Assembly (NCBI GenBank): GCA_032718475.1
Contig: JAUCBJ010005712.1
Coordinates: 62,001 to 126,000 of the forward strand
Length of the DNA: 64,000 nt
Reading direction: 5' to 3'
Source: Nemertoderma westbladi
Taxonomy: Eukaryota > Animalia > Xenacoelomorpha
The notes under the pieces are model-generated. The model saw only the letters and a list, made by a program, of their open reading frames with translations. It did not search any database and was not told the origin of the DNA. Of the stretch, positions 10,030 through 23,300 are shown piece after piece. The number at the start of each line of letters is the position of its first letter. Positions within the stretch are counted from its first letter, which is position 1. Made by a program: the position numbers and the translations under genes.

Positions 10030-11450
10030 AATTAATATCTTGAGATGCCTCCTAAAGGATACTGGCCTTGAAGATGTAGTTAATCTTCCGAGAGTCATGG
10101 ATGATATTGTATCCATGGACACGGTGTTGGATCCTGGTGTATGTACCATCGAGGAATCAGAATCAGGTACTGTATCTTCAGAAATTCGTAAGAATCCAAC
10201 ACCGACTGCTCTATAGGAGACAAGGCTCTACTGCTGCCCTCAAAAATTACCTTCGGAGTTTTGATTCCAGAAGATGTCTTCCATACTCTTGATAGTTTAT
10301 AAGTATGGGGCATATAATGCAGACCACGCCTTGTCCTTTCGTATTCAGAGGTATTCAGCAGAACTCGAATTCTAGATTCTAGGAAGCAAGCAGAGTCATC
10401 TACAGTACATTAACAAGAAGGCTATCCACTGACAAAACGAATCTGTTGGGTGGAATTCACGCTTACAATTAAAATTTTGGTCAGTGTAGCATTTACAAAA
10501 AGACCGACATTATATGCTTAGCTGCTCAATACTTCTAAATAGTCTGTGAGCTGATCTTGAATCCTCAGGATTGGGACTGTAAATTAAAGATGTTTTGTAT
10601 GGAATATTAGGATACGCGGATGAGCTACTGCTAATGGCTAACATGAAAGGGGATCTACAAATGATGCTACATAAATGCGAGCAATTCCTTCTGTCACACA
10701 GTCTAATATTAAACCTCACCAAGACACACTTCGTGGTTTGCTCACGTACATCATGCCGAGATTCAAACAATGACCTATATTTAACAACAAAAGATGGTAC
10801 TGAACTATTGTCAACCACAAGGTTCAAGTACCTTGGTCTACCCCTGCCTGCCCTCGATCAACACATTAGAGACCATTTTACTCAAAGGATATGGATGAAC
10901 AGCTCCAGAATTAATTCCAGAGGACTGGCGACTGATGATGTTCCAATCGATGTCACAGATTTTATCTGGAGAACGATTTGTACTCCTTCTATCATGTATG
11001 GGGCCTCCATAATCAGCCGGTCACTTGTAGAGGGTCTCTCACTGACGTGGCGCAAGGCCCTTCGGGCAACATTGCGAATGGGCAATTACATAACAAATAA
11101 TCTACTTCAGGCCCTATTTGGTACCCACAAGTTCTCGACTATGGTTATCTTCTCAAAAGCACCATTCATATACTCATCCTTTAACTGTGATAACCACAAA
11201 GTGATAAAACTTTTGAGCCATATGCTGGCAACATCTTGGGGGAGCAACAGTAGAACCACTCTTTAAGGATTACACTGTAGGAGCATGGATGATTGGTATC
11301 CCAAGTATACAGGCTCTAACGACCACCAAATATTGCCTCAAATCGTGCTTTCGAAACGTGCACAAGAGTGAACTCACTATTAGAGAGAAATTCTTATACC
11401 TCTATGTGCTGTGTGTTGAATACTGCCGATACGCCATTTACACTCAGGAG
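10030..11450 (+). mobile_element. Degenerate non-LTR retrotransposon (LINE) reverse transcriptase region
   Basis: ORF 10595-11266 has LGYADELLL (YADD variant), LNLTKT, FKYLG and IMYGA motifs; in-frame stops upstream; antisense to MCTP. Confidence 0.85.
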
Positions 11451-11765
11451 AGAGTGTATCCTAGACATACTCCAAAAGGACTGGGAATAGGGATGTGCCT
11501 AAGTTTACTAGGGCTGTTGGCTCAATTTCAAACCACTTTTATAATCGCAATAATTTTTATTGTCCGTTTAAATCCTTTTTTTGTCCTTATTTTTTGATTT
11601 TTTATGTCCTCCAAAAGTCTAATGTTAGGTTCCATGCTACCGGTTTCTCTACTGCTGTTCTCTCAGGCTATCAGTACCGGTATTGGTATATATAGCACTA
11701 TTTTGCTGTATTGTATGTACAGATGTAGGTATAAAGCAGGTATTTCTGTATTTTAGTACCGGCAC

Positions 11766-11854
11766 CGGTACTGCTATAGGCCTACTGTGTAGCCTACCAT
11801 TTAAATACGGTACTGCTATAGGCCTACTGTGTAGCCTACCATTTAAATACGGTA
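11766..11854. repeat. Exact 42-bp tandem duplication
   Basis: CGGTACTGCTATAGGCCTACTGTGTAGCCTACCATTTAAATA twice, followed by CGGTA. Confidence 0.95.
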
Positions 11855-12021
11855 ATGGTAGGCCTACCGGTTGTGCTAATAAATTTTAAATAATTGATAG
11901 GCCAAACTGGATTGCAGGATTGTGGAAAATGTGGATATACCTTTCACATAATTTAGGCCTATTACTGTATTAGTTTTATAATCAATAATGGATCATGACT
12001 ACTGTCTGAGTAGTGTTACGG

Positions 12022-13006
12022 ATAACCTGCTCCTTTCCCTGATTTGGTAAAGTGACTGTTTATTGTTTTGGTTAGAAAATCCGGCCTTAACCTGCTCCTT
12101 TCCCTCAATTAGTTAAGTGATCGTTTATTGTTTTGGTTAGAAAATCCCGCCTCTGTAACCTGCTCCTCTCCCTCAATTGGTAATGTTATCGTTTATTGTT
12201 TTGGTTATAAAATCCCGCCTCTGTAACCTGCTCCTTTCTCTCAATTGGTAATGTTATCGTTTATTGTTTTGGTTAGAAAATCCCGTCTCCGTAACCTGCT
12301 CCTTTCCCTCAATTAGTTAAATGATCGTTTATTGTTTTGGTTAGAAAATCCCGCCTCTGTAACCTGCCCCTTTCCCTCAACTAGTTAAATGATCGTTTAT
12401 TGTTTTGGTTAGAAAATCCCGCCTCTGTAACCTGCTCCTTTCCCTGAATTGGTAAAGTGACCGTTTATTGTTTTGGTTAGAAAGGCCCGCCTCTTTAACC
12501 TGCCCCTTTCCCTCAATTAGTTAAATGATCGTTTATTGTTTTGGTTAGAAAATCCCGCCTCTGTAACCTGCTCCTTTCCCTCAATTAGTTAAGTGATCGT
12601 TTATTGTTTTGGTTAGAAAATTCCGCCACTGTAACCTGTCCCTTTCCCTCAATTAGTTAAATGATCGTTTATTGTTTTGGTTAGAAAATCCCGCCTCTGT
12701 AACCTGCTCCTTTCCCTCAATAAGTTAAGTGATCGTTTATTGTTTTGGTTAGAAAATCCCGCCTCTGTAACCTGCTCCTTTCCCTCAATAAGTTAAGTGA
12801 TCGTTTATTGTTTTGGTTAGAAAATCCCGCCTCTGTAACCTGCTCCTTTCCCTCAATTAGTTAAGTGATCGTTTATTGTTTTGGTTAGAAAATCCCGTCT
12901 CTGTAACCTGCTCCTTTCCCTGATTTGGTAAAGTGACTGTTTATTGTTTTGGTTAGAAAACTCGGCCTTAACCTGCTCCTTTCCATCAATTGGTAATTGT
13001 TTTTGG
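12022..13006. repeat. 68-bp minisatellite, ~14.5 copies
   Basis: Unit TAACCTGCTCCTTTCCCTCAATTAGTTAAGTGATCGTTTATTGTTTTGGTTAGAAAATCCCGCCTCTG. Confidence 0.97.
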
Positions 13007-13224
13007 CTATAAAATGAGTGTTTTGCTGCGTCATGTGGTATTCGATTATCGACAACAACCACAAACTATTAAATATAGAGTCTTTTTACCACAGGCGCAT
13101 ATGGAAATCTATCTCATAGTCTATAAATCATGGAATCATGGAATGTTTTGGCACAGGCATAGTGAAATCAACTGTCTGACAGTCCAGAAATCAGCAGTCT
13201 GACAGTTTGAAGAAATACATACAT

Positions 13225-13335
13225 AAAAAGTCATTAAAAGGACAATAAAAGTCATTAAAAGGACAACAAAAGTCATTATGCATAATTCGTAAAAAAAAAA
13301 TGACAAAAAAAGTCAAATAAAAGGACATAAAAAAT
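13225..13335. repeat. 21-bp A-rich repeat (AAAAGTCATTAAAAGGACAAT), 2.5 copies plus degenerate copies
   Basis: Directly visible. Confidence 0.75.
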
Positions 13336-14319
13336 CACTGCCTTTTATAATATAGAGTCTATTTACTAATTGATTTGTATAAGCTGGAACCATAGTGTGC
13401 TTTTTCTTTTTCTTCCTTTATCGTTTTAAAAGTACAGCGCAGGAGAAGTGTCTGCCCGTGTCCGCGGAGCGGCAGTACAGTAAACTTATTTGCTCAACTT
13501 ATTTTAAAGTGCTGGCTTTAATCTCGAACTACCATTATATAAAGTCAAATCATTGTGTTATATTATTTTATATATGGTTTTAACATGCAGTTTTTAACAT
13601 ACAATTTTTATATCATTGCCAGTGCTTATTTTAATGATAATTGAACATTAAAGGCTGGCCGGGCCGTTAAACCGTGCTGAATGAATGAGCTCCACCCAAT
13701 GTTTCTGACAATTGATAATATACTAAGATAATCGGCTAAGCGAAGAGTGTATTGGAAGATTTCCACTGGCTGCTTCCACCCCATCTATATTATGTTGGTC
13801 TGCAGACATTCGCAGCACAAAGTCCCACAAGTGGCATAAGGGCACTTATTTATAAAGCCTTAATGGCTTGCCGTGTATAGATGGCTCACCGGATGTTTAA
13901 TTAAAATATATTCTAGGGATTATTTAGTAGAAGGTAATTAAAACTTTCCCACACAAAGGAAGTATGCGCGCCTCATATCGGATGCGACAAGGCCCAATGC
14001 TCTAGTGCCGAAAAGGTATCACAAATCGGTTATTCTATGCGGTTGTTGTTTCCTTTGAATATTTTTTCCATTAGTTAGTTGAATAATAAAGGTTACATTA
14101 TAATTCATCACACTTTCCAGATTCCCCAGTTCAGCATGTATTACACGTTGCGGGGCCTTCGCGCAGCACGAGAGACTATAGAAGAAAATGTACTAATCTC
14201 TAATAGATATACGAAAACCGTCATTCCCAAAATATCAATGGGTGATGCCTTCAGTTTGCGTTAAACGCGTTGTACAAAACAGAGGCCTATTTCAGTTTGC
14301 TCTTACACGCTTTAATTGT

Positions 14320-17300
14320 CCGGCCCTTAAATGCCAAAACCCTCTATCTCATTTTTACATAGTTTTGACAAAAACGCAAAATACATACCAGGCCTGTCAT
14401 TTGATTCCTGATTGGTGGAATCCTGTGAAATGATGTCATTAGGTAAGTTATAGTCATAGAATTCTCTGAACAGCATATTTTTAACTGAAACTCCTATCTA
14501 CATAGTGTAATGTGAGATAGAGCGTAATTGTAGCATAAAACTTACAAATGCCAAAAATTGAATTTAGTTGGAAAATATGATATTTTTGAGTCTCATATTC
14601 GTGATCAGCGTCTCATCAATGTGCGTGACCGCACATTGACACATGTCTAAAAATGCCGTAATCAACAAGGCACGATATATTTCAGTGTCATATTCGTGAT
14701 CAGCATCTCAAAAAAAAACAAATAAAAAAATTCAATAAAGGTCATAAACTTGGCTTGATTATTTTTTGCTGAATTTTCATTATAATGTTTGCTCTACTTG
14801 TTTTTTTCGTGCCCCAGGAGGCACTTTCAAAATTACAAAAAATTTTCTCGAATGTTATATTTCGAATAGAATACACAGATAGAATAGAATACACAGATAG
14901 AATAGAATACACAGATAGTAGATATAATAGAATACACAGATAGAATAGAACACACAGATAGAATAGAATACACAGATAGAATAGAATACACAGATAGAAT
15001 AGAATACACAGATAGAATAGAATACACAGATAGAATAGAATACACAGATACAATAGAATACACAGATACAATAGAATACACAGATAGAATAGAATACACA
15101 GATAGAATAGAATACACAGATACAATAGAATACACAGATACAATAGAATACACAGATAGAATAGAATACACAGATAGAATAGAATACACAGATAGAATAG
15201 AATACACAGATAGAATAGAATACACAGATAGAATAGAATACACAGATAGAATAGAATACACAGATAGAATAGAATACACAGATAGAATAGAATTCACAGA
15301 TAGAATAGAATACACAGATATAATAGAATACACAGATAGAATAGAATACAGAGATAGAATAGAATACAAAGATAGAATATAATACACAGATAGAATAGAA
15401 TACAGAGATAGAATAGAATACAAAGATAGAATATAATACACAGATAGAATAGAATACACAGATAGAATAGAATACAAAGATAGAATAGAATAGAATACAC
15501 ATATAGAATAGAATACACAGATAGAATAGAATACACAGATAGAATAGAATAGAATACACAGATATAATAGAATACAGATAGAATAGAATACACAGATAGA
15601 ATAGAATACACAGATAGAATAGAATACACAGATAGAATAAAATACACAGATAGAATAGAATACAGATAGAATAGAATAAACAGATATAATAGAATACAGA
15701 GATAGAATAGAATACAAAGATAGAATATAATACACAGATAGAATAGAATACACAGATAGAATATAATACAAAGATAGAATAGAATAGAATACACATATAG
15801 AATAGAATACACAGATAGAATAGAATACACAGATAGAATAGAATAGAATACACAGATATAATAGAATACAGATAGAATAGAATACACAGATAGAATAGAA
15901 TACACAGATAGAATAGAATACACAGATAGAATAAAATACACAGATAGAATAGAATACAGATAGAATAGAATACACAGATATAATAGAATACACAGATAGA
16001 ATAGAATACACAGATAGAATAGAATACACAGATAGAATAGAATACACAGATAGAATAAAATACACAGATAGAATAGAATACACATATAGAATAGAATACA
16101 CAGACAGAATAGAATAGAATACACATATAGAATAGAATACACAGATAGAATAGAATACACAGATAGAATAGAATACACAGACAGAATAGAATAGAATACA
16201 CATATAGAATAGAATACACAGATAGAATAGAATACACAGATAGAATAGAATACACAGATAGAATAGAATACACAGATAGAATAGAATACACAGATAAAAT
16301 AGAATACACAGATATAATAGAATACACAGATAGAATATAATACACAGATAGAATAGAATACACAGATATAATAGAATACACAGATAGAATAGAATACACA
16401 GATAGAATAGAATACACAGATAGAATAGAATACACAGATAGAATAGAATATAATACACAGATAGAATAGAATACACATATAGAATAGAATACACAGACAG
16501 AATAGAATAGAATACACATATAGAATAGAATACACAGATAGAATAGAATACACAGATAGAATAGAATACACAGACAGAATAGAATAGAATACACATATAG
16601 AATAGAATACACAGATAGAATAGAATACACAGATAGAATAGAATAGAATACACAGATAGAATAGAATACACAGATAGAATAGAATACACAGATAGAATAG
16701 AATACACAGATATAATAGAATACACAGATAGAATAGAATACACAGATAGAATAGAATAGAATACACAGATAGAATAGAATACACAGATAGAATAGAATAC
16801 ACATATAGAATAGAATACACAGATAGAATAGAATACACAGATAGAATAGAATACACAGATAGAATAGAATACACAGATAGAATAGAATAGAATACACAGA
16901 TAGAATAGAATACACAGATAGAATAGAATACACATATAGAATAGAATACACAGATAGAATAGAATACACAGATAGAATAGAATACACAGATAGAATAGAA
17001 TACACAGATAGAATAGAATAGAATACACAGATAGAATAGAATACACAGATAGAATAGAATACACAGATAGAATAGAATACACAGATAGAATAGAATACAC
17101 AGATAGAATAGAATACACAGATAGAATAGAATACACAGATAGAATAGAATAGAATACACAGATAGAATAGAATACACAGATAGAATAGAATACACATATA
17201 GAATAGAATACACAGATAGAATAGAATACACAGATAGAATAGAATACACAGATAGAATAGAATACACAGATAGAATAGAATTCACAGATAGAATAGAATA

Positions 17301-20300
17301 CACAGATAGAATAGAATACACAGATAGAATAGAATAGAATACACAGATATAATAGAATACACAGATAGAATAGAATACACAGATAGAATAGAATACACAG
17401 ATAGAATAGAATACACAGATAGAATAGAATACACAGATAGAATAGAATTCACAGATAGAATAGAATACACAGATAGAATAGAATACACAGATAGAATAGA
17501 ATACACAGATAGAATAGAATACACAGATAGAATAGAATACACAGATAGAATAGAATACACAGATAGAATAGAATACACATATAGAATAGAATACACAGAT
17601 AGAATAAAATACACAGATAGAATAGAATACACATATAGAATAGAATACACAGATAGAATAGAATACACAGATAGAATAGAATACACAGATAGAATAGAAT
17701 ACACAGATAGAATAGAATTCACAGATAGAATAGAATACACAGATAGAATAGAATACACAGATAGAATAGAATAGAATACACAGATATAATAGAATACACA
17801 GATAGAATAGAATACACAGATAGAATAGAATACACAGATAGAATAGAATACACAGATAGAATAGAATACACAGATAGAATAGAATTCACAGATAGAATAG
17901 AATACACAGATAGAATAGAATACACAGATAGAATAGAATACACAGATAGAATAGAATTCACAGATAGAATAGAATAGAATACACAGATATAATAGAATAC
18001 ACAGATAGAATAGAATACACAGATAGAATAGAATACACAGATAGAATAGAATACACAGATAGAATAGAATACACAGATAGAATAGAATACACAGATAGAA
18101 TAGAATACACAGATAGAATAGAATTCACAGATAGAATAGAATTCACAGATAGAATAGAATACACAGATAGAATAGAATACACAGATAGAATAGAATAGAA
18201 TACACAGATATAATAGAATACACAGATAGAATAGAATTCACAGATAGAATAGAATACACAGATAGAATAGAATAGAATACACAGATATAATAGAATACAC
18301 AGATAGAATAGAATTCACAGATAGAATAGAATAGAATACACAGATATAATAGAATACACAGATAGAATAGAATACACAGATAGAATAGAATACACATATA
18401 GAATAGAATAGAATACACAGATATAATAGAATACACAGATAGAATAGAATACACAGATAGAATAGAATACACAGATAGAATAGAATAGAATACACAGATA
18501 TAATAGAATACACAGATAGAATAGAATACACAGATAGAATAGAATACACAGATAGAATAGAATAGAATACACAGATATAATAGAATACACAGATAGAATA
18601 GAATACACAGATAGAATAGAATACACCGATAGAATAGAATACACAGATATAATAGAATACACAGATAGAATAGAATACACATATAGAATAGAATACACAG
18701 ATAGAATAGAATACACAGATAGAATAGAATATACAGATAGAATAGAATGCACAGATAGAATAGAATACACAGATAGAATAGACTACACAGATAGAATAGA
18801 ATACACAGATGGAATAGAATACACAGATAGAATAGAATACACAGATAGAATAGAATAGAATACACAGATAGAATAGAATACACAGATAGAATAGAATAGA
18901 ATACACAGATATAATAGAATACACAGATAGAATAGAATTCACAGATAGAATAGAATAGAATACACAGATATAATAGAATACACAGATAGAATAGAATACA
19001 CAGATAGAATAGAATACACATATAGAATAGAATACACAGATAGAATAGAATACACAGATAGAATAGAATACACAGATAGAATAGAATACACAGATAGAAT
19101 AGAATACACAGATAGAATAGAATAGAATACACAGATAGAATAGAATACACAGATAGAATAGAATAGAATACACAGATAGAATAGAATACACAGATAGAAT
19201 AGAATACACAGATAGAATAGAATACACAGATAGAATAGAATACACAGATAGAATAGAATACACAGATAGAATAGAATACACAGATAGAATAGAATTCACA
19301 GATAGAATAGAATTCACAGATAGAATAGAATACACAGATAGAATAGAATACACAGATAGAATAGAATAGAATACACAGATATAATAGAATACACAGATAG
19401 AATAGAATTCACAGATAGAATAGAATTCACAGATAGAATAGAATACACAGATAGAATAGAATACACAGATAGAATAGAATAGAATACACAGATATAATAG
19501 AATACACAGATAGAATAGAATTCACAGATAGAATAGAATTCACAGATAGAATAGAATACACAGATAGAATAGAATACACAGATAGAATAGAATAGAATAC
19601 ACAGATATAATAGAATACACAGATAGAATAGAATTCACAGATAGAATAGAATACACAGATAGAATAGAATACACAGATAGAATAGAATAGAATACACAGA
19701 TATAATAGAATACACAGATAGAATAGAATAGAATACACAGATATAATAGAATACACAGATAGAATAGAATTCACAGATAGAATAGAATAGAATACACAGA
19801 TATAATAGAATACACAGATAGAATAGAATACACAGATAGAATAGAATACACATATAGAATAGAATAGAATACACAGATATAATAGAATACACAGATAGAA
19901 TAGAATACACAGATAGAATAGAATACACAGATAGAATAGAATAGAATACACAGATATAATAGAATACACAGATAGAATAGAATACACAGATAGAATAGAA
20001 TACACAGATAGAATAGAATAGAATACACAGATATAATAGAATACACAGATAGAATAGAATACACAGATAGAATAGAATACACAGATAGAATAGAATACAC
20101 AGATATAATAGAATACACAGATAGAATAGAATACACATATAGAATAGAATACACAGATAGAATAGAATACACAGATAGAATAGAATACACAGATAGAATA
20201 GAATGCACAGATAGAATAGAATACACAGATAGAATAGAATACACAGATAGAATAGAATACACAGATAGAATAGAATACACAGATAGAATAGAATACACAG

Positions 20301-23300
20301 ATAGAATAGAATAGAATACACAGATAGAATAGAATACACAGATAGAATAGAATAGAATACACAGATATAATAGAATACACAGATAGAATAGAATTCACAG
20401 ATAGAATAGAATAGAATACACAGATATAATAGAATACACAGATAGAATAGAATACACAGATAGAATAGAATACACATATAGAATAGAATACACAGATAGA
20501 ATAGAATACACAGATAGAATAGAATACACAGATAGAATAGAATACACAGATAGAATAGAATACACAGATAGAATAGAATAGAATACACAGATAGAATAGA
20601 ATACACAGATAGAATAGAATAGAATACACAGATAGAATAGAATACACAGATAGAATAGAATACACAGATAGAATAGAATACACAGATAGAATAGAATACA
20701 CAGATAGAATAGAATACACAGATAGAATAGAATACACAGATAGAATAGAATTCACAGATAGAATAGAATTCACAGATAGAATAGAATACACAGATAGAAT
20801 AGAATACACAGATAGAATAGAATAGAATACACAGATATAATAGAATACACAGATAGAATAGAATTCACAGATAGAATAGAATTCACAGATAGAATAGAAT
20901 ACACAGATAGAATAGAATACACAGATAGAATAGAATAGAATACACAGATATAATAGAATACACAGATAGAATAGAATTCACAGATAGAATAGAATTCACA
21001 GATAGAATAGAATACACAGATAGAATAGAATACACAGATAGAATAGAATAGAATACACAGATATAATAGAATACACAGATAGAATAGAATTCACAGATAG
21101 AATAGAATACACAGATAGAATAGAATACACAGATAGAATAGAATAGAATACACAGATATAATAGAATACACAGATAGAATAGAATTCACAGATAGAATAG
21201 AATAGAATACACAGATATAATAGAATACACAGATAGAATAGAATACACAGATAGAATAGAATACACAGATAGAATAGAATACACAGATAGAATAGAATAC
21301 ACAGATAGAATAGAATACACAGATAGAATAGAATACACAGATAGAATAGAATACACAGATAGAATAGAATACACAGATAGAATAGAATACACAGATAGAA
21401 TAGAATACACAGATAGAATAGAATACACAGATAGAATAGAATAGAATACACAGATAGAATAGAATACACAGATAGAATAGAATACACAGACAGAATAGAA
21501 TAGAATACACAGATAGAATAGAATACACAGATAGAATAGAATACACAGATAGAATAGAATACACAGACAGAATAGAATAGAATACACAGATAGAATAGAA
21601 TACACAGATAGAATAGAATACACAGATAGAATAGAATAGAATACACAGATAGAATAGAATACACAGATAGAATAGAATACACAGATAGAATAGAATACAC
21701 AGATAGAATAGAATACACAGATAGAATAGAATACACAGATAGAATAGAATAGAATACACAGATAGAATAGAATACACAGATAGAATAGAATACACAGATA
21801 GAATAGAATACACAGATAGAATAGAATACACAGATAGAATAGAATACACAGATAGAATAGAATACACAGATAGAATAGAATAGAATACACAGATAGAATA
21901 GAATACACAGATAGAATAGAATACACAGATAGAATAGAATACACAGATAGAATAGAATACACAGATAGAATAGAATACACAGATAGAATAGAATACACAG
22001 ATAGAATAGAATAGAATACACAGATAGAATAGAATACACAGATAGAATAGAATACACAGATAGAATAGAATACACAGATAGAATAGAATACACAGATAGA
22101 ATAGAATACACAGATAGAATAGAATACACAGATAGAATAGAATAGAATACACAGATAGAATAGAATACACAGATAGAATAGAATACACAGATAGAATAGA
22201 ATACACAGATAGAATAGAATACACAGATAGAATAGAATACACAGATAGAATAGAATACACAGATAGAATAGAATACACAGATAGAATAGAATACACAGAT
22301 AGAATAGAATACACAGATAGAATAGAATAGAATACACAGATAGAATAGAATACACAGATAGAATAGAATACACAGATAGAATAGAATACACAGATAGAAT
22401 AGAATACACAGATAGAATAGAATACACAGATAGAATAGAATACACAGATAGAATAGAATACACAGATAGAATAGAATACACAGATAGAATAGAATACACA
22501 GATAGAATAGAATACACAGATAGAATAGAATACACAGATAGAATAGAATACACAGATAGAATAGAATACACAGATAGAATAGAATACACAGATAGAATAG
22601 AATACACAGATAGAATAGAATACACAGATAGAATAGAATACACAGATAGAATAGAATACACAGATAGAATAGAATACACAGATAGAATAGAATACACAGA
22701 TAGAATAGAATACACAGATAGAATAGAATACACAGATAGAATAGAATACACAGATAGAATAGAATAGAATACACAGATAGAATAGAATACACAGATAGAA
22801 TAGAATACACAGATAGAATAGAATACACAGATAGAATAGAATACACAGATAGAATAGAATACACAGATAGAATAGAATACACAGATAGAATAGAATACAC
22901 AGATAGAATAGAATACACAGATAGAATAGAATACACAGATAGAATAGAATACACAGATAGAATAGAATAGAATACACAGATAGAATAGAATACACAGATA
23001 GAATAGAATACACAGATAGAATAGAATACACAGATAGAATAGAATACACAGATAGAATAGAATACACAGATAGAATAGAATACACAGATAGAATAGAATA
23101 CACAGATAGAATAGAATACACAGATAGAATAGAATACACAGATAGAATAGAATACACAGATAGAATAGAATACACAGATAGAATAGAATAGAATACACAG
23201 ATAGAATAGAATACACAGATAGAATAGAATACACAGATAGAATAGAATACACAGATAGAATAGAATAGAATACACAGATAGAATAGAATACACAGATAGA

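Noticed and set aside
9152-10043. Three overlapping plus-strand ORFs of 244-283 aa
   Set aside because: By-product of a stop-free 67-bp unit cycling through all frames.
10595-11266. Active or domesticated reverse transcriptase
   Set aside because: YADE instead of YADD, in-frame stops upstream and missing N-terminal RT motifs.
3692-13006. 28-, 67- and 68-bp arrays as CRISPR
   Set aside because: Head-to-tail units without unique spacers, no cas genes, eukaryotic spliced-gene context.
14110-14350. Candidate upstream MCTP exons at AG/GT-like sites (14113-14175; donor-like GTAAGAG near 14305)
   Set aside because: Translations show stops or no resemblance to the expected MCTP segment; the second overlaps the inverted-repeat motif.
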